From positions 1 to 43,883 of the IMG/VR virus record IMGVR_UViG_3300033076_000818: a stretch of 43,883 bases of DNA; one strand, 5' to 3'. Each line of letters begins with the position of its first letter. The first letter of the stretch is position 1. Positions 1 to 7,694 of the stretch are shown here, piece after piece. The notes under the pieces were generated by a model. The model had not been told where the DNA came from. It did not search any database and worked only from the letters and a program-made list of their open reading frames with translations. This DNA comes from a virus. Its lineage: Duplodnaviria > Caudoviricetes. Made by a program: the position numbers and the translations under genes.

Positions 1-76
1 TGCGCACCTGTCGACGATCGCCGATTGCGTCGTGTCCTTGGGTGCGCTTGTCGAGCGGCTGCGCGCCGAACTCGCC
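1..76. repeat. Terminal overlap, identical to 43744-43819 (probable circular junction)
   Basis: Exact 76-bp match; the reading frame opened at 43475 continues through the overlap into ORF 32..436. Confidence 0.9.
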
Positions 77-436
77 AAGATCCGTGGCCGTGACGCCAAG
101 CCGTTCGATTGGGACGGCGTGCCGACCGTGGAGGAGTGGATCGAGGAGAACCTGCGCGAGCGAGAGCCCCGCGCCGGCAGCGCCATGGTCGAGCTTCATC
201 CCGACGAGGTGGTGGCCGATCGCGGTGAGTCGCGGCGCGTGGCCGGATGGCTCAAGGACCTGCTGGCGGAGAGCGGGAAGCTGCGCGCCGAACTCGCCGC
301 GAAGCATCCGGCTGAGGCCGCGCAGCAGGGGCCGAGCGACGAGGAGATCGCCTACGCTTTGGGCAACGACATCCAAGGGCCGGTGCTTCGCAAGGTGCTC
401 CGTATGATCGCCCGGCGCGCGGGGGTGAAGCTGTGA
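2..436 (+). CDS. 3' part of a modular coiled-coil early protein whose 5' part is at 43475-43819
   Basis: Same peptide AHLSTIADCVVSLGALVERLRAELA at both window ends; stop overlaps next start (GTGA at 433). Confidence 0.7.
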   Translation, partial: AHLSTIADCVVSLGALVERLRAELAKIRGRDAKPFDWDGVPTVEEWIEENLREREPRAGSAMVELHPDEVVADRGESRRVAGWLKDLLAESGKLRAELAAKHPAEAAQQGPSDEEIAYALGNDIQGPVLRKVLRMIARRAGVKL

Positions 437-705
437 CGCGCCGCGAATGGAAGTGCTGGTTCGCCGACGAGAGCGAGGACGGCGCCGTTGACGTGCTCGG
501 TTGCTACACGGCCGAGCAAGCGTCGCGGGAGTTCGTCGACCAAGCGTTGAGCGGTGGCGACTACAGCGAGTGCGTAGACAACTACCCGCTGACCGTCATG
601 GTCAGGTCCGACAGCGGCTCGGTTGAGAAATACGAGGTGACCGTTGAGACGATTCGGCAGATAAGCGCCAACAGAGTGCCAGGGCCACACGAGGACACCG
701 AATGA
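433..705 (+). CDS. Hypothetical phage protein (90 aa)
   Basis: GTGA/ATGA coupling at both ends; GGGGGTG RBS. Confidence 0.7.
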   Translation: MTRREWKCWFADESEDGAVDVLGCYTAEQASREFVDQALSGGDYSECVDNYPLTVMVRSDSGSVEKYEVTVETIRQISANRVPGPHEDTE

Positions 706-851
706 CGCGCCGACCGAAGACGCCGAGGACGCGAGTCGCCCTTGCCGAGGCCGAGCTTGGGCGCGTGTTCGGCATGGCCCAACAATGGGGCTGCCGCCGT
801 CGCAAGAAGGGCCGCCGCGCGAAGTCGGGGCAGTGGTGGAGGAGGCCATGA
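702..851 (+). CDS. Arg-rich 49-aa peptide ending SGQWWRRP; paralog of 35987..36184
   Basis: ATG 702 overlaps previous stop, TGA 849-851 overlaps next ATG; GAGGA RBS. Below the ORF-track length cutoff. Confidence 0.75.
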   Translation: MTRRPKTPRTRVALAEAELGRVFGMAQQWGCRRRKKGRRAKSGQWWRRP

Positions 852-1024
852 GGATGATCTATCCGGCCTGCCTTGGGCTCGTTTCCGCGCTCTTCCTTGC
901 CCGGTGCGTGTGCGCGGCCATTGAAGGCGACAAGACGAAGGCTGCAACGAGCTTTCTGGTGGCAACCGTCCTCGCCAGCCACATCCCGGCCAACATCGAG
1001 AGAGCGAAAAGGACCAAAGCATGA
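848..1024 (+). CDS. Small membrane protein (58 aa)
   Basis: GGAGG RBS, ATGA overlaps, two hydrophobic segments. Confidence 0.65.
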   Translation: MRMIYPACLGLVSALFLARCVCAAIEGDKTKAATSFLVATVLASHIPANIERAKRTKA

Positions 1025-1263
1025 CGACCGACCAACTGACCGGCCGCGCGCCAGCCGAACGCAAGCCGATGGGCATGATGGCGTGGCTGGCTACCGACGG
1101 TGGGCGACGCTGCCCGCAGTGCGGCAAGTTCGCCAAGCCTGACGAACTCGGTTCGATCGGCGAACGCTACGTCAGACCCGATGGAGCTGCCGTGATCGTT
1201 TCGATGTATGGGCACCTGCCGGGGCGCGGGTGCCACAAGACGGAGGCGACCCATGACCAATGA
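1021..1263 (+). CDS. Hypothetical Zn-finger protein
   Basis: CPQC motif with distal H/C; ATGA coupling. Confidence 0.65.
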   Translation: MTTDQLTGRAPAERKPMGMMAWLATDGGRRCPQCGKFAKPDELGSIGERYVRPDGAAVIVSMYGHLPGRGCHKTEATHDQ

Positions 1264-1361
1264 CCTGACCGGCCGCGCGCTCGACGAGGCTGCGGCGCGG
1301 GCGATGGGGTGGACAGCCCCGGCTCGTCGTGGCCGTGGCGGCGAGGGAGGCGAAGGCATGA
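1253..1361 (+). pseudogene. Internally deleted NinX/DUF2591-like gene remnant
   Basis: N-terminus MTNDLTGRALDEAAARAMGW resembles this family; a C-terminal-type tail LVVAVAAREAKA* lies in another frame and ends in the ATGA overlap at 1358-1361. Confidence 0.5.
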
Positions 1362-1510
1362 GGACCGACGAGAGGCGGTTCCTTGCCTTCGTGGCATGGG
1401 CGTGCACCATCGTGCTCGGCTGCTACATCATGTTCAGGTGGGCGAAGGTCGAGCTGGACTACTACGAGTGGCAGACGAAGAGGAAGTGCGAGGCGACCGA
1501 TGGCAAGTAA
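1358..1510 (+). CDS. Small single-TM protein (50 aa)
   Basis: GGAGG RBS; hydrophobic FLAFVAWACTIVLGCYIMF. Confidence 0.6.
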   Translation: MRTDERRFLAFVAWACTIVLGCYIMFRWAKVELDYYEWQTKRKCEATDGK

Positions 1511-1739
1511 CCTGACGCCCGAACGAAGGAAGAAGCTGCGCGCCCTTGTCGACGAAGGGCACCACCTCATCACGGTGAGCCGGGCCGACGCCTACGCGCT
1601 GCTGGACATGGCCGAACGCTGCGCCAAGGCCGAGGCGAAGGCTGCAGCCTACGACAAGCTGTGCGAGGGCCAGCGCGAGCAGTGGTCGAGCATCACCCGC
1701 GACATCGTGAAGGCACAGAACAAGCAAGGAGACGCATGA
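1500..1739 (+). CDS. Hypothetical coiled-coil early protein
   Basis: GAGG RBS, start MASNLTPERRKKLRAL, coupled to next gene. Confidence 0.65.
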   Translation: MASNLTPERRKKLRALVDEGHHLITVSRADAYALLDMAERCAKAEAKAAAYDKLCEGQREQWSSITRDIVKAQNKQGDA

Positions 1740-1942
1740 AGATCACCAAGCAAGGCGAGCCACCGGACACGGTCTACGAAGGCCGATGCGAGGAGTGCGG
1801 CTGCGAGTTCGAGTGCGCCCGCGAGGAGACGGTCGTTGGCGCGTGGCGATACGCCGATTGCCCGAACAAGTGCGGGCATCTGGTCCAGGTCTACAGGCTG
1901 ACCGATCTGCGCAAGATGGCGCGCGAGCAGGAGAAAGCATGA
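1736..1942 (+). CDS. Phage Zn-ribbon protein
   Basis: MKITKQG...CEECGCEFE...CPNKC; AAGGAG RBS. Confidence 0.7.
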   Translation: MKITKQGEPPDTVYEGRCEECGCEFECAREETVVGAWRYADCPNKCGHLVQVYRLTDLRKMAREQEKA

Positions 1943-2250
1943 GCACGATCGACGATCTGCAGCGGCTGCACGATGTCGCTGGCCCAGCGGGCGAGATGCG
2001 AACCATCCCGAAGCGTGATTTCCAGGTGGCCCTGCACAACGCATGGCCGGCCATCCACCGCGTGCTCGTGGCGGCGCGGAAGATCGTCGTCGAGAACCTC
2101 ATTGACCTTCAGCACGAGGACAACGATTACTTCGTGTGCGGCACCTTTGCGGGGAAGCCTTGCGATTGCTGCGAGCGCCACGACTCTGAGGCGATCGGCG
2201 GCCTCACTGAGGCGCTGCGGGCGCTGGACGACAAGGAGCAGCGGACGTGA
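1939..2250 (+). CDS. Ead/Ea22-like protein
   Basis: IDDLQRLHDVA...VALHNAWPAI pattern; AGGAG RBS. Confidence 0.55.
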   Translation: MSTIDDLQRLHDVAGPAGEMRTIPKRDFQVALHNAWPAIHRVLVAARKIVVENLIDLQHEDNDYFVCGTFAGKPCDCCERHDSEAIGGLTEALRALDDKEQRT

Positions 2251-2531
2251 GCAAGAAGAACCCGATCGCAACCAGGATCGCCAGAGCCTACTTCCCTGGC
2301 ATCACCTACGCCGAGCTGTTTGACGCTGTGTTTCCTGAAGCTGAATACCCGGAGGCAAGGCGCTACCAATCGAACGGCGGCCCACCAGGAGCCTGCATGG
2401 CGTTCGGGGCCGCGCTTCGACGCATGCGCGCGTCTTGGCGTCGTCCAGGCGATCGCGTGATCATCGACTTGGCTGTTCGAGACAAGGCCATGATGATCAG
2501 CCGCGAACAAGGCCGGGATTCGTATGCCTGA
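2247..2531 (+). CDS. Hypothetical protein (94 aa)
   Basis: AAGGAG RBS, GTGA overlap. Confidence 0.65.
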   Translation: MSKKNPIATRIARAYFPGITYAELFDAVFPEAEYPEARRYQSNGGPPGACMAFGAALRRMRASWRRPGDRVIIDLAVRDKAMMISREQGRDSYA

Positions 2532-3090
2532 TTGGTTGGGAGGAACAGAAGCGATGACGACCGACGACGACATGCGCGAGATCGAGGCGGCGCTGGACGA
2601 GTTGATTGCTCTACTGGAGCAAGCGGCCGACCGCTGGCCTGATGTGTGGGAGCCGAGGCGCGAACGGGTGCTGGCCCTGATCCGCCAGAAGCTGCCGAAG
2701 CACATCGGAGACCAGGGCGACCACCGCATCGACATCCAGACCGACGGCTCTGGCAAGGCCGAGGGATGCACCGTCTACATGACCGACAAGGACGGCAAGA
2801 CGACGAAGTTCCTGCCGGTGACGGACGACGCCGAGCACGAGCGGGCGGCCGAGGCGTGGCACTTGCGATTCCGCGAACACACGCGCCACTGGAACAGCGA
2901 GGACGGGCACTCGAACTGGAGCGGAGTCGGCTACGAGGCCCTGCGCCTGATGCGCGCGAGGCCGGCAATCGACAAGGCGGCGGGGGAGCTGCTGCGGGCG
3001 GCGAAGGGTGTCGTTGACCAGCTGGCCGAGAAGCAGGATCGCGACGACCTGCAAGAGGCCATCGAGGCGGCCGAGCGCGCTGGCATCTGA
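2524..3090 (+). CDS. Hypothetical protein (start may be 2554)
   Basis: Long ORF with GC-rich third positions; last gene before a promoter-bearing gap. Confidence 0.65.
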   Translation: MPDWLGGTEAMTTDDDMREIEAALDELIALLEQAADRWPDVWEPRRERVLALIRQKLPKHIGDQGDHRIDIQTDGSGKAEGCTVYMTDKDGKTTKFLPVTDDAEHERAAEAWHLRFREHTRHWNSEDGHSNWSGVGYEALRLMRARPAIDKAAGELLRAAKGVVDQLAEKQDRDDLQEAIEAAERAGI

Positions 3091-3163
3091 AAAAACTTGC
3101 CGACGTAACCCGATGCGCCTACGTGCGTTGGCGGTTCCCGATGCGGATTTGTAGGCGCAACGG

Positions 3164-3192
3164 TTGACAAAGTGGGCGCGGTGGCCGATAGT
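3164..3192 (+). promoter_or_regulatory. Sigma70-type promoter, probably leaderless for ATG 3199
   Basis: TTGACA (3164-3169), 17 bp, GATAGT (3187-3192), ATG 6 nt later; inverted repeat TGCGCCTAC/GTAGGCGCA at 3114-3122/3151-3159 just upstream. Confidence 0.7.
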
Positions 3193-3198
3193 TGGGGC

Positions 3199-3579
3199 AT
3201 GAACACGACCTCCGCCCTCCGCATCGTTGGCATCACGGACGAAGTCAGCACCTGCGACTGCTGCGGCAAGAACGACCTGAAGCGCGCCGTCGCCCTGGAA
3301 GGTGAGGAGGGCGAGGTTGTGTTCTTCGGCACGACTTGCACCGCGATCGCCCTCGGCCGCGACGCCAAGGAGGTCCGCAAGGAATCGAAGAAGGCGCAGG
3401 ACCGCCGCGACGAAGCCCGCCGCGCGGCCGAGCAGGCGAAGCGCGACGCGGAGTTCGTGTTGTGGGTGGAGTTCGCTCGCGCCAAGGCCGGGATGCCGAA
3501 TGCTGGCATGCCCGAGATCCTGGCCGCGATGGGCGGCCAGTGGGTCAACGAAACGCAACGGGAGTTCCGAAACCGATGA
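3199..3579 (+). CDS. Phage Zn-binding hypothetical protein
   Basis: GITDEVSTCDCCGKNDLKRAVAL...FGTTC; follows promoter. Confidence 0.75.
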   Translation: MNTTSALRIVGITDEVSTCDCCGKNDLKRAVALEGEEGEVVFFGTTCTAIALGRDAKEVRKESKKAQDRRDEARRAAEQAKRDAEFVLWVEFARAKAGMPNAGMPEILAAMGGQWVNETQREFRNR

Positions 3580-3953
3580 ATCAAAGAGACTTTCTGACGG
3601 ACGTGGTAGCGCAGGCCATCGACGAGGCCGTGGCAGCCGCGATGAGGGATGACGGCGACGCCGAAAGCGTCCGCGCCTCCTGCATCGCGAAGGTGGTCGG
3701 TCACGTCTACTGGTGCGACCTAGACCCTGCCGAGTTTCTGCGGGATGCTGGGTGGAGCGTCCACGCAAAACAGTTCAAGCGCGATGGCCAATGGGTTGTC
3801 GACGCCGATGCGTGGCCCCCTCGGTGGTTGGCGACCAACGCAGTCAGTAGCGGGCCGTGCAGCTCCTTCAACGAAGCCCTGCAGTCCGTGATGCGCGTCA
3901 TCAAGCAGAAGTTCGGCAGCGACGCCGCGAGGAAGAAACTTGAACCGCTCTGA
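3576..3953 (+). CDS. Hypothetical protein
   Basis: ATGA overlap with previous stop. Confidence 0.6.
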   Translation: MNQRDFLTDVVAQAIDEAVAAAMRDDGDAESVRASCIAKVVGHVYWCDLDPAEFLRDAGWSVHAKQFKRDGQWVVDADAWPPRWLATNAVSSGPCSSFNEALQSVMRVIKQKFGSDAARKKLEPL

Positions 3954-4173
3954 GTGGGCCGCCGCCTTCGGCCAACTGATCGCCGCCCGCCGCACCGCTC
4001 GCGGCCTCACCCTCTCCGAACTCGGCAGCATGCTCGGCTCGCACCGTCAGACCGTGTGGCGCTGGGAGCACGGAGAGCAGCTGCCGGACGCCTACGACCT
4101 ATGCCGCATCGCTGAGGCGCTGGGGTGCTCGGTCAAGTCGCTGTTGCCGGCCGAGCGCGCGGGGGTCAGGTGA
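3940..4173 (+). CDS. Cro/C1-type (XRE) HTH regulator
   Basis: RRTARGLTLSELGSMLGSHRQTVWRWEHGEQLP is a typical HTH_3 pattern; TTG start after GAGGA. Confidence 0.85.
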   Translation: MNRSEWAAAFGQLIAARRTARGLTLSELGSMLGSHRQTVWRWEHGEQLPDAYDLCRIAEALGCSVKSLLPAERAGVR

Positions 4174-4199
4174 TCCCGGCACCATCGCCGCTCCGGGTT

Positions 4200-4240
4200 G
4201 TGAATGAATGAGTGAATCAATCATTCATTGATTCATTCAC
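4200..4240. repeat. AT-rich 41-bp imperfect palindrome of TGAA/TTCA units (site A)
   Basis: GTGAATGAATGAGTGAATCA-A-TCATTCATTGATTCATTCAC; 17 of 20 arm positions complementary; intergenic. Confidence 0.85.
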
Positions 4241-4491
4241 CACAAGCCAGAAGGGGAGGGCGCTGTACCGAGTAGCGCGCAACGGTCCCGTCCGAATCGA
4301 CTTGTGACTATCGGGGGAAAGGGGCTGGCCCCGTGCTGGTGAGGGCGCGCGCTGCGCTGCGGCCGTATTCTGAGTACAGCACCCTCGCCGGTCTGGGGTC
4401 GACTCTACCTCACGGACGACGAACCGTCAAGACCCTCCGTTAGCCTGGTGGGGCTTCCGTTCGGGCGCGGCATGCAGTATAGTGCAGCGCC

Positions 4492-4713
4492 ATGGAGTTC
4501 TTGACCCCATGCCCTGAGCTGGTGTTGCGGCCCGTCACCGACGAGGAAGCCGACGCCATGCTGCTGGGAAACGAATGGCTGCGTCACGCCGTCTGGAAGC
4601 CCGTAGGCGGCCCAATCCCGGCATGGTCCCACCCGATGCGCCATGTGGACACCGACCGCGCTGCCGGCATCGCTGCGGCCCGGCAATGGGGTGAGGTGTA
4701 CGTGTGGGAGTGA
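4492..4713 (+). CDS. Hypothetical protein, first gene of packaging operon
   Basis: TATAGT -10 box at 4478-4483, 8 nt before ATG; GTGA overlap downstream. Confidence 0.55.
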   Translation: MEFLTPCPELVLRPVTDEEADAMLLGNEWLRHAVWKPVGGPIPAWSHPMRHVDTDRAAGIAAARQWGEVYVWE

Positions 4714-4943
4714 GGGGCTACACGCTGGAGGGGCTGCCCTGCGGCGAGACCCACCCGCGCGCCCACGTCCCCGACTGCATCGTTCACGAGATCCGAGACC
4801 GCGTGGAGAACCGCCGGGAGGCCATCGCCGCCATCCTGGCTGACCTCCAGGCACGCGAATACCGCGTCAGCCGGCGCCAGGTCTACCGGATCGCCAACTA
4901 CCAGACCCGCGCGGCGATCGCGGTTGAGTTTCGGAGGAACTGA
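4710..4943 (+). CDS. Small HTH-like protein (HNH-associated C-terminal-type domain)
   Basis: GETHPRAHVPDCIVHEIR...VSRRQVYRI pattern. Confidence 0.6.
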   Translation: MRGYTLEGLPCGETHPRAHVPDCIVHEIRDRVENRREAIAAILADLQAREYRVSRRQVYRIANYQTRAAIAVEFRRN

Positions 4944-4945
4944 GG

Positions 4946-5404
4946 ATGGGGCGCACGCCGACTCCGCACGCAACCAAGGAGGCCGTCATCAAGGAGTTGG
5001 CGGACTGGCTGTCTGAGGGCAAGACCCTGCGCGACTACTGCCGGCAGCCGGGGAAGCCAGCGCGCAGGACGGTGGACGATTGGAGGGAGGAAGACCCCGA
5101 GTTTGCCGCCCGCATCGCGCGTGCGCGTATCCGAGGAGCCGACGCCATCGCTGAGGAGGCGCTGGAGATCGCCGACACGCCGCTCCCCGGAACGATCACG
5201 ACCGAGGACAAGGATGGCACCAAGACCGTGACCGAGGACATGCTGGGCCATCGCCGGCTACAGGTCGAGGCGCGGTTGAAGCTGCTGGCGAAGTGGTTCC
5301 CGCAGGCGTACGGCGACCGGCAGCAAGTCGAGCACAGCGGCAAGGTGTCGCTCGAGCAGCTGCTTGCCGAGACCGCGCAGCAGGCACCGCCGCCCAAGTC
5401 GTGA
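4946..5404 (+). CDS. terS: Terminase small subunit (Sf6-like)
   Basis: LSEGKTLRDYC...PEFAARIARAR..GADAIAEEALEIAD...RRLQVEARLKLLAKWFPQAYGD; directly upstream of TerL. Confidence 0.9.
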   Translation: MGRTPTPHATKEAVIKELADWLSEGKTLRDYCRQPGKPARRTVDDWREEDPEFAARIARARIRGADAIAEEALEIADTPLPGTITTEDKDGTKTVTEDMLGHRRLQVEARLKLLAKWFPQAYGDRQQVEHSGKVSLEQLLAETAQQAPPPKS

Positions 5405-6846
5405 GCGCAGGCGTCGACATCCTGCGCCAGTGGAGGGCCGACCCAGTGGCGTTCGTGCGCGCCAACTTCAAGGTCGAGCCGGACGAGTGGCAGAAGGACG
5501 CGCTGATGGCCTTTGCCGCCCCGGACGTGCCGCGCATTTCCATGCAGGCGTGCGCAGGCCCCGGCAAGAGCGCCGTTCTCGCGTGGATGGGCTGGCACTT
5601 CCTGAGCTGCCAAGGCGAGCTTGGCGACCATCCCAAGGGTTTCGCCGTGGCCGTGACGGCAGACAACCTAAACGCCAACCTGTGGCCAGAGTTCAGCAAG
5701 TGGCAGCAGCGGTCGCCCTACCTCAAGGCGTGCTTCACGTGGGGCAGCGAGCGCATCTTCCAGAACGAGAACAAGAGCACTTGGTTTCTGGAGGCTCGGT
5801 CGTTCCCCAAGACTGCCAGCCCCGAGGAGCAGGGCAAGACGCTGTCGGGTTTGCACGGCGGCTACGTGCTGGCGCTGGTTGACGAGTCCGGTGCGATCCC
5901 GCCTCAGGTCAGCCGGGCCGCAGAGCAAGCGCTGTCGACCAAGCCGCGCTTCGGCAAGGTGTGCCAGGCCGGGAACCCCCTGACGCGCACCGGGATGCTC
6001 TACGAAGCGGCCACCAACGGCCGGTGGCACGTTATCCGCATCACGGGTGACCCTGACGACCCGAAGCGATCCCCGCGCGTCGACATCGATTGGGCGCGCG
6101 ATGCCATCAAGCAGCACGGTCGCAATGACCCGTGGGTGATGGCCTACATCCTCGGCCAGTTCCCACTCACCGCGTTCAACGCCCTTCTCGGCCCGGACGA
6201 CGTGCGCGCGGCGATGGAGCGGCACCCGAAGGAGATGCAGTGGGGCTCATCCGCCCGCATTCTGGGCGTGGACGTGGCGCGCGAGGGCGACGACCTGTCG
6301 GTGATCTTCCGCAGGCAGGGGATCTGCGCCTCGTGGATGCCCAAGACCATGCGTAACGCTTCGTCGCTGCACGGCGCCGGCTTGGTGTCGCAGGCATGGG
6401 ACGAAGCCAGCGCCGACGGCGTGTTCATCGACAACACGGGCGGCTTTGGCGGCGGCTGGATTGACCAGCTGCAGGCGCTTGGCCGGAAGCCGATCCCCGT
6501 TCACTTCGCCGAGGAAGCCAACGACCCACGGTTCGCCAACAAGCGTTCCGAGATGTGGCACCTGATGGCCGAGTGGATCAAGGGCGGCGGTTCGCTGCCC
6601 AACGTTCCCGAGCTTGTGGCTGAGCTGACCGTGCCGACCTACACGTTCAAGGGCGATCGGCTCATCATGGAGGACAAGAAGCAGATCAAGGCTCGCCTCC
6701 ACAGGTCGCCCGACTACGCCGATGCGCTGGCCCTGACGTTCGCGCAACCAGTCATCCGCCGCGACATCGACCCGCGCTACTCACGCAAGGCAATCCGGGC
6801 CATGGCCGAGACGATGGGTGAGTACGACCCAAACGCAGGTTTCTGA
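5401..6846 (+). CDS. terL: Terminase large subunit
   Basis: Walker A ACAGPGKS, Walker B LALVDES, nuclease motifs ILGVDVAREGDD and SPDYADALAL; GTG start overlapping TerS stop. Confidence 0.95.
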   Translation: MSAGVDILRQWRADPVAFVRANFKVEPDEWQKDALMAFAAPDVPRISMQACAGPGKSAVLAWMGWHFLSCQGELGDHPKGFAVAVTADNLNANLWPEFSKWQQRSPYLKACFTWGSERIFQNENKSTWFLEARSFPKTASPEEQGKTLSGLHGGYVLALVDESGAIPPQVSRAAEQALSTKPRFGKVCQAGNPLTRTGMLYEAATNGRWHVIRITGDPDDPKRSPRVDIDWARDAIKQHGRNDPWVMAYILGQFPLTAFNALLGPDDVRAAMERHPKEMQWGSSARILGVDVAREGDDLSVIFRRQGICASWMPKTMRNASSLHGAGLVSQAWDEASADGVFIDNTGGFGGGWIDQLQALGRKPIPVHFAEEANDPRFANKRSEMWHLMAEWIKGGGSLPNVPELVAELTVPTYTFKGDRLIMEDKKQIKARLHRSPDYADALALTFAQPVIRRDIDPRYSRKAIRAMAETMGEYDPNAGF

Positions 6847-6848
6847 CC

Positions 6849-6888
6849 GCGTGCCATAACCGTCCGTAGTCGGCCACAGCATCCCCGC
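6849..6888 (+). promoter_or_regulatory. Putative late promoter, copy 1 (GCGTGCCATAACC ... CAGCAT)
   Basis: 13-mer identical to 12058-12070, same spacing to a CANNNT hexamer, then GTG start. Confidence 0.6.
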
Positions 6889-7383
6889 GTGATCTGCTCG
6901 GCCGAACTGCGCCCGATGACCGTCGCGGAGATGGAGGCGAAAGCCGGCCATTTGATGGCGGCGCACTGGGCCGAGGTCGAGGGCGACCGCGCTCCGCTCT
7001 GCGTGAACTGGGATAGGTTCCGCGAGTTCGAGGACTTGGGCCTTGTGATGATCCAGGGCGCCTACGTGGACGACGAGCTAGTTGGCTACTGCGTGCTGAC
7101 GCTCAACGTGCATCTGTTTGAGGATGCCAAGCCGGCGCGCATCTCGGCCATCTACGTAGATCCTGGGCGCCGCAGCGGGTGCATCGGGACCAGCTTAGCG
7201 GCCTGCGGGAGCATTGGCGTCAGCCTTGCACGCTGGGCCATTAACGCCGCGAAGCAGGTTGGTGCCACGCAGATCGCAGGGCACGGCCGCAGCGGTGAGG
7301 CCGCGTGCAGGCTGTATGCGGCGCTCGGTTTCGACGAGCGCGAGACCGTCTACGTAAAGGAGATTGGCGATGTACGGGGCTGA
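6889..7383 (+). CDS. GNAT family N-acetyltransferase
   Basis: AIYVDPGRRSGCIG (motif A) and RLYAALGF (motif B). Confidence 0.85.
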   Translation: MICSAELRPMTVAEMEAKAGHLMAAHWAEVEGDRAPLCVNWDRFREFEDLGLVMIQGAYVDDELVGYCVLTLNVHLFEDAKPARISAIYVDPGRRSGCIGTSLAACGSIGVSLARWAINAAKQVGATQIAGHGRSGEAACRLYAALGFDERETVYVKEIGDVRG

Positions 7384-7690
7384 ATGGGTTCCGATTGCGT
7401 CTCTGGCTGTGGCCACTGCTGGGACTGGCTACGGCATCGCCAGCGGCATTGATTCAACCCGCAGGCAGCAGAACGCACAACGGAGGCAGGGCGCAGCACA
7501 AGACGCCGCCGAGGCCGCAGCCGCACGCCAGGAACGGCAGGCCATGGCCGAGCAACAGAAGGCGGCCAAGCAAGCCCCCGACGTCATGGGCATCTACGAC
7601 CGCGAGCAGCGACGCGGCACGGTCGGCCCGAACCTCGTGAACAACGCAGGGCCGCTGACCTTGGGCGGCAACAGCCTCCTCGGAGTCTGA
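7370..7690 (+). CDS. Small virion/tail-assembly protein preceding portal (T7 gp7.3-like position)
   Basis: Ala/Gln-rich, hydrophobic N-terminus, C-terminal LGGNSLLG; AAGGAG RBS. Confidence 0.65.
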   Translation: MYGAEWVPIASLAVATAGTGYGIASGIDSTRRQQNAQRRQGAAQDAAEAAAARQERQAMAEQQKAAKQAPDVMGIYDREQRRGTVGPNLVNNAGPLTLGGNSLLGV

Positions 7691-7694
7691 CGCG

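Noticed and set aside
4200-4240. Protelomerase telRL site
   Set aside because: No protelomerase/tyrosine recombinase gene recognised, and the palindrome is imperfect.
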